Source: Octopus vulgaris | Taxonomy: Eukaryota | Assembly: GCA_951406725.2 (NCBI GenBank) | Contig: OX597830.1 | Span: 77,996,001-78,060,000, forward strand | Direction of reading: 5' to 3' | Length of the DNA stretch: 64,000 nt | In this document: piece after piece, positions 1 to 12,287 of the stretch | Layout of the letters: the number at the start of each line of letters is the position of its first letter | How positions within the stretch are numbered: position 1 is the stretch's first letter | Notes under the pieces: model-generated | The model's database searches: none | The model's input: only the letters and a program-made list of their open reading frames with translations | What the model was told of the DNA's origin: nothing | Position numbers and translations under genes: made by a program

Positions 1-124
1 TATATATATATATATATATATACGTACATATATACATATATATATATACATATATATACATATATACATATATACTCACACACACACATATATATATATA
101 GTGAGAGAGAGTGAGTGAATGAGT

Positions 125-194
<70 letters not shown>

Positions 195-625
195 CGCAAA
201 CACACGCATACACAAGCAGATATCTTTCTTCATTTTCGATGTTTCTTTCTTTTCATTCCAACATAAAATCTTCATACACTTATCTAAAACTATATCTATT
301 AACACATTCCCAGACAGCCTCAAACCAAACCGCTATCACCAACATCACCAACTCCACCACAACTATCACAACTACCACTACCACTACCACCACCACCAAT
401 AACAACAACAGCAACATCAGAGTCAACATCAGTGACAAAAACTTCAAACTTGTTATATTCGCTATTTCGACTTCACTTAACCTCATCTTACGGAAGTTCA
501 AAGCTACAGTGTCAGATTATAATTGTTATTAATGACTATTAACAAATGATTATTAGGAATTAATGAGAAATTTCAATTATGATCTTAGTTGTCTGTTGCT
601 ATTGTGCGTCCAGAATTTCGTGGCT

Positions 626-686
<61 letters not shown>

Positions 687-825
687 ATGTATATATATAT
701 ATATATATGTATATATATAAATCTGCGTATATGCGTGTGCGTGAGAAGCACACAATCATACGCGCACACATATTATATACATATACGCATGTGCATCTAT
801 GTATACATATATTACATATATGTAT

Positions 826-950
826 TACTGGGGAACAATTTTGAACATAATATCTGTTGAGTTTGCTTTTTGATTTAATTACATTGGCATGCATGCTGAT
901 TTCAAAATTGCAGTCAGTTTCCTTTCACCACGTTAAGGCTTTTTGATTCT
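826..950 (-). mobile_element. Isolated second Chapaev3-like terminus
   Basis: TACTGGGGAACAATTTT...GCTGATTTCAAAATTGCAGTCAGTTT...AAGG resembles the terminus and subterminal region at 1037-1160, in the same orientation. Confidence 0.45.
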
Positions 951-1240
951 ACATCTTACTCTCCGAATAAGCACAATTGTATTGTTCGTCCATAAACAAT
1001 GGTACTGGTCAGTTGCCTTCATTATTTTATTAATAACGCTGGGGAATACTTTCGAGAACATCTTAAGTTGTCTTGGCTTTTACAATTAGTCTTACCTAAT
1101 TTGATGATGATGGGTTTAGAAATGCCCTCAGAAATCTTCTTTTCGCATCAAGGTTTTGTTAAAGAGGAATTAATTTTATTTTACCAAAAAATATAAATTT
1201 TATCATTAAATTCAATGCTGAAATTAAAAAGATTCACACA

Positions 1241-1405
1241 AGCGTAGGAGTGGCTGTGTGGTAAGTAGCTTGCTTACGAACTACATGGTTCCGGGTTCAG
1301 TCCCACTGCATGGCACCTAGGGCAAGTGTCTTCTACTATAGCCTCGAGCCGACCAAAGCCTTGTGAGTGGATTTGGTAGACAGAAAATGAAAGAAGCCTG
1401 TCGTG

Positions 1406-1459
<54 letters not shown>

Positions 1460-1468
1460 ATATATATA

Positions 1469-1519
<51 letters not shown>

Positions 1520-1750
1520 ATACATGTTTGTGTATCTGTGTTTGTCCCCCTCCCCAACATCGCTTGACAACCGATGCTGTTGTGTTTACATCCCCGTAAC
1601 TTAGCGGTTCGGCAAATGACACCGACAGAATAAGTACTAGGCCTACAAAGAATAAGACCTGGGGTCGATTTGCTCGACTAAAGGCGGTGCTCCAGCATGG
1701 CCACAGTCAAATGACTGAAACAAGTAAAAGAGTAAAAGAGTAAAAGAGTA
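1241..1750 (+). mobile_element. tRNA-derived SINE family A (CORE-like, internal TA/TG microsatellite), full length
   Basis: Head GGAGTGGCTGTGTGGTAAG with B-box-like GGTTCAGTCCC, a CCT(T/A)GGGCAAGT core and an internal (TA)n(TG)n. The 3' end is CAGCATGGCC.CAGTCAAATGACTGAAACAAG followed by a (TAAAAGAG)n tail. Confidence 0.92.
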
Positions 1751-2072
1751 AACCAAACAGTGTTTTTCATTGTTTACACAAAATGTTTAATTTCATACTT
1801 TTAGGCCAGATATTTCTGTCATGCTTTTCGTAAATAACTTACATCGAAACAATCTTTGTAGAAACCAGCAGTAGTCAGCCATCATTTTTGTGTTCCACCT
1901 GCCTTGATACCTAGTCTTAATGGTCTCAATATTTTGACAGAATCTTTCTCCTTGCTCATCACTTACTGCACCATAGTTTTCGGAGAGGTAGTCCAGATGA
2001 CTGCAGAAAATACACTTTTACACTTATGTTGCAGCCCAGTTCTCGAAGACTGGTTAGCAGGGTCTAAAAAAG

Positions 2073-2296
2073 TTTACTGTTTTACTGTTTTACTGTTTTA
2101 CTTGTTTCAGTCATTTGACTGCGGCCATGCTGGAGCACCGCCTTTAATCGAGCAACTCGACCCCGGGACTTATTCTTTTGTAAACCCAGTACTTATTCTA
2201 TCGGTCTCTTTTGCCGAACCGCTAAGTGACGGGGACGTAAACACACCAGCATCGGTTGTCAAGCAATGCTAGGGAGACAAACACAGACACACAAAC

Positions 2297-2339
<43 letters not shown>

Positions 2340-2503
2340 TTCGACAGGCTTCTTTCAGTTTCTGTCTACCAAATCCACTCAAGGCATTGGTCAGCCCGGG
2401 GTTATAGCAGAAGACACTTGCCCAAGATGCCACGCAGTGGGACTGAACCCAGAACCATGTGGTTGGTTAGCAAGCTACTTACCACACAGCCACTCCTGCG
2501 CCT
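2073..2503 (-). mobile_element. SINE family A, full length, inserted into the Chapaev3 transposase
   Basis: Reverse complement of the family A consensus with a (TAAAACAG)n tail. The transposase reading continues on both sides. Confidence 0.92.
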
Positions 2504-3351
2504 ACTTCTTCATAATTTTATGACCTCTTGTTTCCAAGGAAGTCAGACACAACTGCAGCAAAGGTATTCCACGCCCCTCTTTCAGTACCAGACACGCTCT
2601 CCAAAAACCGCTTGTCTTGCAATAATTACCTAATCTGAGGTCCATCAAGCACACCACCAGTAATTTTCTCACAAGACAAATTTCATCACAAAGTAACTAA
2701 AGCAGTCACTGTATCAGTGCTTCAATACACGTTTTACACACTACATGGGGTGCCTAGACTTTGTCTTGATCACCTAGTTTCATACCAAAGTAAGGTAAGC
2801 TTTTTTCACAAAATCTGTGATTTTGTTTCGCTGCCTAGTTAAAGTGTAACATCCACAAATATAGCACAGGGCATTGAGGCAGTTTTTTGCATTTTCTTCT
2901 CTCACAACTGGCCGTAGTTTCTGAAATAAAAAAACATATATTCAAGCCGGTTGTCACCTGGGGAAAACATTTTCAGAATTGTAAACAATTATAAAGTAAG
3001 CAAATGCAGATTTGTGATGGCAAAGTTCCATAAATAAATAAATAACATACATACCATGAAGATTTTTCCACAGTTCTTTGTGCATGCTAGACGAAAAAAG
3101 TGACCTAGACCCACGTGACCGCACAATTAAGCATTAAGGGGACATTCAAAATGCCAAATTTCATAAGAAATAGTTAAAAGGTCAATAAAAAAAATAGGCG
3201 CAGGAGTGGCTGTGTGGTAAGGAGCTTGCTTACCAACCACACTGCACCTTTCTGTAGTCCTTGACATCATACGTGCTTTATATTTGTGGAATTTGTCGGC
3301 ACATATACCCACGCTGTGCATGATTTAGCTTGACTATCACTGTTTCCTCTC

Positions 3352-3762
3352 ACTCTCTCTTTTACTTGTTTCAGTCATGTGACTGTGGCCATGCTGGAGT
3401 ACCGCCTTTAGTCGAGCAAATCGACCCCAGGACATATTCGTTGTAAGCCTAGTACTTATTCTATCGGTTTTTTTGCCGAACCGCTAAGTTACGGGGACGT
3501 AAACACACCAGCATCGGTTGTCAAGCGATGTTGGGGGGACAAACACAGACACACAAACATACACACAGATACACATACACACACATATATATATACGTAT
3601 ATAGGACGGGCTTCTTTCAGTTTCCGTCTACCAAATCCACTCACAAGGCTTTGGTCGGCCCGAGGCTATAGTAGAAGACACTTGCCCAAGGTGCCACGCA
3701 GTGGGACTGAACCCGGAACCATGTGGTTCGTTAGCAAGCTACTTACCACACAGCCACTCCTG
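3352..3762 (-). mobile_element. SINE family A, full length (plus a 5' fragment at 3196-3241 on +)
   Basis: Matches the family A consensus on the minus strand. Confidence 0.9.
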
Positions 3763-3849
3763 GTCATTTTTTCCGCATAGATTCCGTATCAAGGGTATAC
3801 GATCAAAACTAAATGAGGAAACTGAAATCAGAGTAAAAATCAGAATAAA

Positions 3850-4140
3850 CATCGCATTTCGACTTCGAAGATCCAAAGCGGAGAATTACATCCTACGACT
3901 TCCGTGCGCCTAGATTTAAGGAGAAATTTGTAAAATATGATACCACAAGGCAGAACGTGCATTCTGGATGATGACTTGGATTCGTGACAAAATCTCAGCG
4001 TCCAAGAAACTAAGCCAGAAAACCCTCACAATTTCTAAATTCCTCCATAAAGTACACTTATAACTTACACTGACGAGAGTAATGTTTGAATTGGAACTAA
4101 CATATTCAACCTGAAATTTTATCCTGGGTTTATATATAAA
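3850..4140 (+). pseudogene. Possible decayed Penelope-like GIY-YIG C-terminus followed by a CTGACGA motif
   Basis: Frame HFDFEDPKRRITSYDFRAPRFKE...NVHSG** resembles the PLE endonuclease tail (H.FDF.NPKI..R..KE..N.DSG). CTGACGAG lies at about 4070. The match is weak. Confidence 0.35.
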
Positions 4141-4663
4141 CTTATAACATTTTCGTAAGGTTTCAATCCCAGCTAATAGATATCTCAATTTTCTTTTTCT
4201 TTTTTTTAAAAATTTCTCGACACTAAAGATGATCATGATATTGATGATGTCGATGATGATGATATTGATGATGATGCTGCTGGCGGTGGTGGTGGTGGTG
4301 GTAGTGGTAATGGAGGTGTTGGTGGTGGTGTTGGTGGTGGTTGTGGTAGAGGCGATGAAGCTAGTGATGATGCTGATGATGACAACGATGACGACGACGA
4401 CGATGACGATGACGACGATGACGATGATGATGATGATGATGATGATGATGATCATGCGGAGGTGGAAAGTGAAGTGATAAAGATAGATAATCAAAATAAT
4501 GATGGTGGTGGTGGTGATGATGGTGATGATGATTCTGAATATAATGATGAAGAAGATAATTAGAGAAGTAATATGATGATATTGATGATGATTAGGAGGG
4601 GGAGGAGGGGAGAAGGGAGAGAAGGAGGATGACGACGACGACAATGAAAAGGAAGAGCATAGA

Positions 4664-4723
<60 letters not shown>

Positions 4724-4943
4724 TATCATCATCATGAACACCATAATTATCACATATAACAACAACAACAAAAAAAGAAAAGGCGCAAAAAAGAAACAAA
4801 CAAGGAAGATGAAATCCCCCCACCCCCAGCTCTCACCCACCCCCACCTCCAAATAAAGGAGACAACATTGAACTGTTTTAGCTAAACCGAAACTTCTTGA
4901 AGAACAGAGACAGGAAGTTAAGTGTTGTTGTTGTTGTTGATGT

Positions 4944-5006
<63 letters not shown>

Positions 5007-5842
5007 CGATGCTGATGTTCATAGCTAATAGTAAAAGAGACGTTAGTTATGATGGTGCTGATGGTGGTGTTTGTGGTGGTGGTGGTGGAGGTGGTGGTGG
5101 TGGAGGTGATGGAGGTGGTGGTGGTGGAGGTGGTGGAGGTGGTGGAGGTGGGGGGTGCCAGGTAAATTATTTTACAAAATCTTTAATATATTTAGCAAGG
5201 CTTGTACCATCAATCATCCCTGGACGGAAGGTGTCTAGGTGTGAAGAACGGTCAGTCGCCAGTGTGGCTGCAGCGGTGGCGGTAGAGGGGGAGGTTGTTG
5301 TTGTTGTTGTTGTTGTTGGTAGTGGTGGTGGTGGTGGTAATTTTGGTTAGTGTAGTGGTTAGAGTTGATGGTTAGATAGATGGTTGGGATAATTAGGATG
5401 GTGGTGATGTTGGTAGTGACGGTGGGACGATGGTGGTGATGGCTTCAGGCGGTGGTAGTGATGGTGGTGCTGGTGGTGTTGGTGGTGCTGGTGATGAGGA
5501 TGCTGATGATGATGATGATGATGATGATGTGATGATGGTGATGATGGTGATGATGGTGCTGGTGGCAATAATAATTATGATGGTAGGTTTATGTTTAGTG
5601 ATGGTGGGGGATGATTAAGACGGCGCTGGTGGTGCAAAACATTTGGTGAGATGTTGGAGATGGTGTTGATGTGGGAGGTGATGGTTATGATGATGGTGAT
5701 GGCCGTAGTAGTGATTGTTATGGTTATGATGGTGATGGTGGAAGGAAGGATGGAGTTGCGATGGGAAAGGATGTGTGGCGATGTGGGTTAGGACGGGGCA
5801 TTGATGATGGTTAGTGGTGGTGGTGGTGTTGAGAATGGTAGT

Positions 5843-6246
5843 AATATTCTTTTCTACTCTAGGCACAAGGCTCGAAATTTTGGGGAAGGGGACAGTCAGT
5901 TAGATCGACCCCAGTACACAACAGATACTTAATTTATCGATCCCTGAACGAATGAAAGCCAAAGTCGACCTCGGTAGGATTTGAACTCAGAACGTAACGG
6001 CGGACGAAATACATATTTCTTTACTATCCACAAGGGGCTAAACACAGAGGGAACAAACAAGGACAGACAAACGGATTAAGTCGATTACTTTGATCCCAGT
6101 GCGTAACTGGTACTTAATTTATCGACCCCGAAAGGATGAAAGGCAAAGTCGACCTCGGCGGAATTTGAACTCAGAACGTAACAGCAGACGAAATACGGCT
6201 ACGCATTTCGCCCGGTGTGCTAACGATTTTGCCAGCTCGCCGCCTT
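5843..6246 (-). mobile_element. tRNA-derived SINE family B: full copy plus 5'-truncated second unit with an alternative tail
   Basis: Head AAGGCGGCGAGCTGGCA, B-box GAGTTCAAATTC and central GGTCGACTTTGCCTTTCATCCTTTCGGGGTCGATAAATTAAGTACCAG. The second unit restarts at GTATTTCGTC. Confidence 0.9.
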
Positions 6247-7058
6247 TGATGGTAGTAATATTAGCAATGGTGATGGTGGCGGTTGATAATGGTGGTAGTA
6301 GTGGTGATGTTCATGATAGTGGTGGTGGTGGTGGTGGTGGTGGTGGTGTGGTGGTGGTGGTGATTAGGATGATACAAGTATAGGTAAAAGTTACCCCCCT
6401 CTTCTCCAGCATGGTCATAGCCTCTAGCGGAAACAAGAAACAAATAAAAGCTCCAGCATGGTCACAACCTCTGGCTGAAACAAGTACAAGCTAGATCACA
6501 TACCACAAAGAAAGAATTCCGTCCGATGATTTAAAGAATCAGCCACGTTGCTGGTTCTCGTGATAACGGTAGCGATGATGGTTGAGGCAGTTGTGGGGAT
6601 GATAGTGGCGGTGGTAGTGGTGGCTATAACGATGTGGGCGAGGTCGGATATATTGCTCGGTGGCAATCTTAGATTGGTCTCGTGGGGTCATCGTGGTGAG
6701 GGTGAATTGTAACACCAGCACTGATAGTAGCATCGGTAGTGGTGGTGGTGGTGGTGGTGGTGGTGGTGGTGATGGTTGTATAGGTAGTAGTAACAGTGGT
6801 GGTTGTGGTTGTTTCTTTTTCTCTTTACGAACATAGAGAGTGTAGGGGAGTAGCTGCGGTAGGTGGGAGGTGGTCGGAGATAATGACCACCGCACCTCAT
6901 CCTAATCCCCATCTCGCCCCCGTTACCGCTAGATTTCTTTCCCAGTTGGCAACTTGTGGGTCCATGACAGAAATCCCTTCACCCAATCATTCATTCATTC
7001 CGACAGAAAGACAGACAAACAAACAAATAGACGGACACACAGATAGCTAACAGATGTT

Positions 7059-7109
<51 letters not shown>

Positions 7110-7411
7110 ACGGTGGCGGTGGTGGTGGTGGTGGTGGTGGTGGTGGTAGTAATTTCCGATTTAGGCCCAGGGGCAGCAAGTCTGAGGGAACGGGGAGTAG
7201 TCGATACCATGAATCCCATTACTTGGCTGGTACTTATTTTATCGACACCGAACGACAACAATATTAACAATAATCCTTTCCAATTTTAGCACGAGGCCAG
7301 CAATTTCGGGATGCGGGGAATAAGTCGATTACAGTGTGCAACTAATCCTTATTTTTTATCGACCCCCGAAACATTTTCAGGGCATTTTCATAGCATTTTT
7401 AACGATGGCCG

Positions 7412-7573
7412 GTTAACTGAAGAGATGGTGGCGCGGATTTCCACCCCGACATCCGAAACTCGGAGTTTTATCTTGGCTACCGAAAAATTGTCCCATATTA
7501 TTTTACAGATAAATTCCTCTATTTACATAATATCGAGGTCTCTTTCATTCTTTTGTTGTCTTACCATTTCTAT

Positions 7574-7578
<5 letters not shown>
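7412..7578 (+). mobile_element. Short TA-terminated repeat family E with a hammerhead-like 5' part (copy 1)
   Basis: Shares about 135 bp with 19935-20070 and 52711-52850. GTTAA-CTGAAGA-GATG-GTGG..CCAC..CATC-C-GAAAC-TCGGA-GTT-TTATC. Ends in (TA)n. Confidence 0.7.
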
Positions 7579-7630
<52 letters not shown>

Positions 7631-7710
7631 AGTAGTTGAATGAATTATCTTAGTATGGATAATTCGGTTAACCGATACCTGGGTAGCAAATTTACGTCAG
7701 AAATTACTTG

Positions 7711-7794
7711 TTTTTCCTGATGAGACGGCGGCATAATGCACCCCTTATTCCTTCGAAATTAGGAATATGCAGCCTTCGAAACATATGCCGAGAA
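7711..7794 (+). ncRNA. Degenerate type I hammerhead ribozyme with long stem II
   Basis: TTTTC-CTGATGA-GACGGCGGCATA..TATTCCT(tcgaaatt)AGGAATA-TGCAGCCTTC-GAAAC-ATAT-GCC-GAGAA. The cleavage triplet is GCC rather than GTC. Confidence 0.6.
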
Positions 7795-7842
7795 TAAAGG
7801 AATTTTATTAAATCGTCGTTCAACTCCATTCTTTCATTTATT

Positions 7843-7900
<58 letters not shown>

Positions 7901-7901
<1 letters not shown>

Positions 7902-7970
7902 TAGAAAAACAGCTAAGTTCTATAACTTAGCTGGCTCTATGTGGTTATAGAACTTAGCTGTTCTTTCTAG
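7901..7970. repeat. 26-27 bp inverted repeat adjoining (TA)n
   Basis: CTAGAAAAACAGCTAAGTTCTATAAC / GTTATAGAACTTAGCTGTTCTTTCTAG. Confidence 0.8.
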
Positions 7971-8144
7971 CGCGTAGAATCCCTATAAGTGGATTCTCTA
8001 TGTGTTTAAATATACACAATATCGTATGACTAATATATAGTCATTTTGACTAAAAGTTTTTACGCGTTAGACCACTGGAAATGTAAATTTTAATTGAATG
8101 TTTTTAATTTTAATTAAATTCCATTTCCCTTTGATATGATTGAA

Positions 8145-8211
<67 letters not shown>

Positions 8212-8554
8212 CACACACACACTAGCCAGGGAATGACAGGTCTTGTCTCCCAACATAACTGAAGTGGATCTTCCTTCATTTTTGTTTATGTCAAGTCTTT
8301 ATAATTTATCTCTAACACATACAAAACAGTCATCATGAGATGTTTTTCTCATGTGCATGGTGCTGTCAGCGCGCGCATGTCTGCGCGTGCGTGAACGCCG
8401 TTATTGTTGTTGCTCTTGTTCACAAGAAACTCACTAACATTATTAACATGATTAAATTAGAACACATTATTAATTGCAATGATATTCTGAGGGAAAATGT
8501 CCTTAATATTAGTTTGTTTATCGCGTATAGACGATATATGCCCTAAAGTACAAG

Positions 8555-8585
<31 letters not shown>

Positions 8586-8639
8586 TATGTTTATGTTTTC
8601 CAGTTTCAGCTCTTGAGCTGTGGCCATGCTGGGGCACCA

Positions 8640-8675
<36 letters not shown>

Positions 8676-8678
<3 letters not shown>

Positions 8679-8837
8679 TCTTTCCGTGTTTCTTTTCTGT
8701 GTATTTTTCTGTTGAAGAGCGTAGGCTCGAAACGTAAAAGACTTGTTTTATTTATATTCCTGAGCACCATACTAATACAATTGTGTGTTTGTATTCCACC
8801 TGCCTTCGTCTTTTGTTTATTTTCATAAAGCTTCCCG

Positions 8838-8840
<3 letters not shown>
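8676..8840 (+). mobile_element. TA-embedded repeat family b with a variant minimal hammerhead (copy 1)
   Basis: TTTT-CTGTTGA-AGAGC-GTAG-GCTC-GAAAC-GTA-AAAGA at 8705-8741. Homologous copies at 26422-26615 and 31843-31992. Confidence 0.7.
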
Positions 8841-8884
<44 letters not shown>

Positions 8885-9167
8885 AAATGTTAGTGGAGAG
8901 AATACTCCATGTATAGAACAACTGGGGTTTTTTGTGCTCGTTTATGAAGTAAGGAGTAATAAAAAAATTTTTAGTAGAAAATATAAACTTCGGTTGCCAG
9001 GAATTTATATCCAAATAAAGGAAATCATACTCCCATTGATTTGCGAGACGTGACTGGACGGGATACGTTGTTTCATTCATATACTTTTAGAATCAATAAA
9101 CTTATGTATATATTAAAATAATTACAATAGCAAAATGTAAGTGAAGTAAGACATATATATATATATA

Positions 9168-9448
9168 CAATTACTTTACCGCAACCGGTCCAGCTCTCTT
9201 TAATACCATACCAAAATAATCAAAACAGAAACGGATTCCATAAAATTCATAAGTACACTTGAACAACTTTCTTCAAAAAATCCCAGACCAACATCCTACA
9301 CCCGGATATGTCTCCAACAAGAATAACTCTTTGCTAGTGTGGGCCATGGTACCCCATGTATGACTGAAATACTTCACCGGCTGGTGCTATTCAGTTAGAC
9401 ATGGCCTGGGCCTATACAGGTCGGAACTTACCAAAGTTATCAAAATTG
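9168..9448 (+). mobile_element. 3' end of a CR1/L2-group LINE
   Basis: Frameshifted NYFTATGPALFNTIPK..KF..LNNFLQKIPDQHPTPGYVSNKNNSLLVW, followed by a terminal hairpin GGCCTG..CAGGTC and a short repeat tail. Confidence 0.65.
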
Positions 9449-9598
9449 TAAACATAAATTACATAGACCTAACTGCGTGTATATATATATATATATATTA
9501 TGACTGATGACTGAGGGCGTCGAATGTCCCGTCCTGTGGTTCTTGTGTCGTCTCTTTGGTGTTTCATGTTCTTGTCCATGTCTGTATTTATTTTTTAC

Positions 9599-9660
<62 letters not shown>

Positions 9661-9663
<3 letters not shown>

Positions 9664-9827
9664 GAGTGGCTGTGTGGTAAGTAGCTTGCTAACCAACAAC
9701 ATGATTCCGGGTTCAGTCTCACTGCGTGGCACCTTGGGCAAGTGTCTTCTACTATAGCCTCGGGCCGACCAAAGCCTTGTGAGTGGATTTGGTAGACGGA
9801 AACTGAAAGAAGCCCGTCGTATATATG

Positions 9828-9895
<68 letters not shown>

Positions 9896-10116
9896 CGTGT
9901 GTGTGTTTGTGTGTCTGTGTTTGTCCCCCTAGCATTGCTTGACAACCGAGACTGGTGTGTTTACGTGCCCGTCACTTAGCGGTTCGGCAAAAAGAACCCA
10001 ATAGAATAAGTACTCGGCTTACAAAGAATAAGTGCCGGGGTCGATTTGCTCGACTAAAGGCGGTGCTCCAGCATGGCCGCAGTCAAATGACTGAAACAAG
10101 TAAAAGAGTAAAAGAG
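9661..10116 (+). mobile_element. SINE family A, near full length
   Basis: Consensus match with a long internal (TA)n and a TAAAAGAG tail. Confidence 0.92.
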
Positions 10117-10160
10117 ATATACGACGTGCTTCTTTCAGTTTCCGTCTACCAATTGTGTGT

Positions 10161-10230
<70 letters not shown>

Positions 10231-10232
10231 TA

Positions 10233-10362
10233 AATAATGGTCAGGAGAACGGAGATTTTCCACATCTATAATTTTAGTAAAACAGTTATTTACAGCATAC
10301 TGAAAATAACTGTTCAATAACGTTTAAGATGTGGAAAAATCTCCGTTCTCCTGACCATCATT
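10233..10362. repeat. Nested fold-back, MITE-like hairpin
   Basis: Outer arms ATGGTCAGGAGAACGGAGATTTTCCACATCT (10237-10267) and AGATGTGGAAAAATCTCCGTTCTCCTGACCAT (10327-10358). Inner arms AACAGTTATTT/AAATAACTGTT. Confidence 0.8.
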
Positions 10363-10560
10363 AACGGTTACTTACTCACCGGAAACTAAGTAGTCCCGAA
10401 AAGGTCACTTGGAGTTACCAAACGAGAATAGTTACCAGGGTCTAGCAACTTATGATTAACTCTGGTACCACTAAAGGGCCTTTGTGGTTAGCCGCATATA
10501 AAACCGATTTACGCGGAAACAGCCAAGATTATACATCCCTTTAAACTCATTTTTGGAAAT

Positions 10561-10789
10561 TTATTCTATTTTATTCTATTTCTATCCGATTATTCTAGTT
10601 CGCCGGCTGTCTTAGTTGCATGTACATCAAATTTGGCACAGGGACAGCAATTTCGAGGGAGGGACTAAGTACATTTCAACGACCCTAATGATCAACTGGT
10701 ACCTACTTTATCGAATCCGAAAGGATGAAAGGCAAAGTTGATCTTGGCGGAATTAGAACTCAGAACACAAAGACGGCGTGCTAACGACT
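10561..10789 (-). mobile_element. Diverged SINE family B with a 3' extension, flanked by a 22-bp direct repeat
   Basis: CTTTAAACTCATTTTTGGAAAT occurs at 10539-10560 and 10790-10811, with the family B central domain inside. Confidence 0.8.
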
Positions 10790-11133
10790 CTTTAAACTCA
10801 TTTTTGGAAATATATTTACAAACACACACACACACACACACACACGTACATACATATAATCATATCAGTTCATATCATATATCATATATAGATTTAGATA
10901 CATACAGACATTCATATATTGTATTCATACGTATATATGCAAGAATGAGTGTTATATAAGCGAGTGAAATACGGACAGTAACACTCAATACATGATTGGA
11001 GTTACATATATTTATGTTAAAGAGACTTGTTGGTTAAGGCTCGAACAATTCGAGAAGAAACAAAGTAAACTACAAAAACAAAAAACAAAAACAAATCAAC
11101 GTTACAGTTTCACATTATTTATGCGTTTTTCTT

Positions 11134-11175
11134 CATGTCCTGATGAGAGCGGCATAGCCACGAAATATAGATATA
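11134..11175 (+). ncRNA. Degenerate hammerhead-like motif
   Basis: C-CTGATGA-GAGCGGC-ATA-GCCAC-GAAA. Stems I and III are poorly preserved. Confidence 0.4.
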
Positions 11176-11397
11176 TAAAGTAAAACCCCAACTTTGAATT
11201 GTTTCCCCTTTTTTTGTGTGTGTAGCCTACTTTATATCTTCTCACATTGTTCCGGCCTTACCCAACAAGTCACTGTAATGTAATATTTGACAATGTTTCA
11301 CCAAAAGTACTCCATTTTAATTACATATATTAAATAACAGTTTGACTCTGATTCACAAACTTTAAGGAATGTGGGGCTGCGGCAAACTAATATCATA

Positions 11398-11433
<36 letters not shown>

Positions 11434-11614
11434 GTGTGTGTGCATATGTATATATGTATTCATAGAAACATTTATATGTATAAATATATGCATATATATA
11501 TGCATATACATGTATGTATAATACACACATACACACACATATATATGCGTGCGTGTGTATATTTTATTTTATTTTATCTAGTTTCAGCTCACGAGCTGTG
11601 GCCATGCTGGGGCA

Positions 11615-11646
<32 letters not shown>

Positions 11647-11753
11647 TATATATATATGTATATTTATATATATATATATATATATATATTAATTTTACTC
11701 TGTGTATTGAGTACCTTATATTACTGTGGTTAACCCCGAATCAACCCGGGACC

Positions 11754-11791
<38 letters not shown>

Positions 11792-11794
<3 letters not shown>

Positions 11795-12226
11795 TCTTTT
11801 ACTCTTTTACTTGTTTCAGTCATTTGACTGCGGCCATGCTGGAGAACTGCCTTTAGTCGAGCAAATCGACCCCGGGACTTATTCTTTGTAAGCCCAGTAC
11901 TTATTCTATCGGGGTCTTTTGCCGAACCGCTAAGTGACGTAGACATAAACACGCCAGCATCGGTTGTCAAGCAATGCTAGAGTGACAAACACAGACACAC
12001 AAACATATACACACACATACATATATACATATATATATACATATATACATATATATACATATATACGACAGGCTTCTTTCAGTTTCCGTCTACCAAATCC
12101 ACTCACAAGGCTTTGGTCGACCCGAGGCTATAGCAGAAGACACTTGCCCAAGATGCCACGCAGTGGGACTAAACCCGGAACTATGTGGTTGGTAAGCAAG
12201 CTACTTACCACACAGCCACTCCTGCG

Positions 12227-12229
<3 letters not shown>
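11792..12229 (-). mobile_element. SINE family A, full length
   Basis: Consensus match on the minus strand, flanked by (TA)n on both sides. Confidence 0.92.

Positions 12230-12287
<58 letters not shown>

Larger units (their letters stand above)
1037..3195 (-). mobile_element. Decayed, internally deleted Chapaev3 (CMC) DNA transposon, interrupted by two family A SINEs
   Basis: Manual minus-strand translation gives three blocks. N-terminal (2720-2915): ASCERRKCKN..NALCYICGCYT..QRNKITDFVKKAY.YFGMKLGDQDKV*APHVVCKTC. Middle (2504-2700): GGVLDGPQIR*LLQDKRF..GAWNTFAAVVSDFLGNK..NYEE. C-terminal (1855-2065): LGCNISVKV.F..HLDYLSENYGAVSDEQGERFCQNI..RYQGRWNTKMMADYCW. A terminus-like CGCTGGGGAA follows TAA at 1037. 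Stops and frameshifts are present. Confidence 0.8.

Noticed and set aside
9403-9426. GGCCTG..CAGGTC-GGAAC hairpin as a hammerhead
   Set aside because: There is no CTGANGA core. It is better explained as the 3' stem-loop of the CR1-like LINE.
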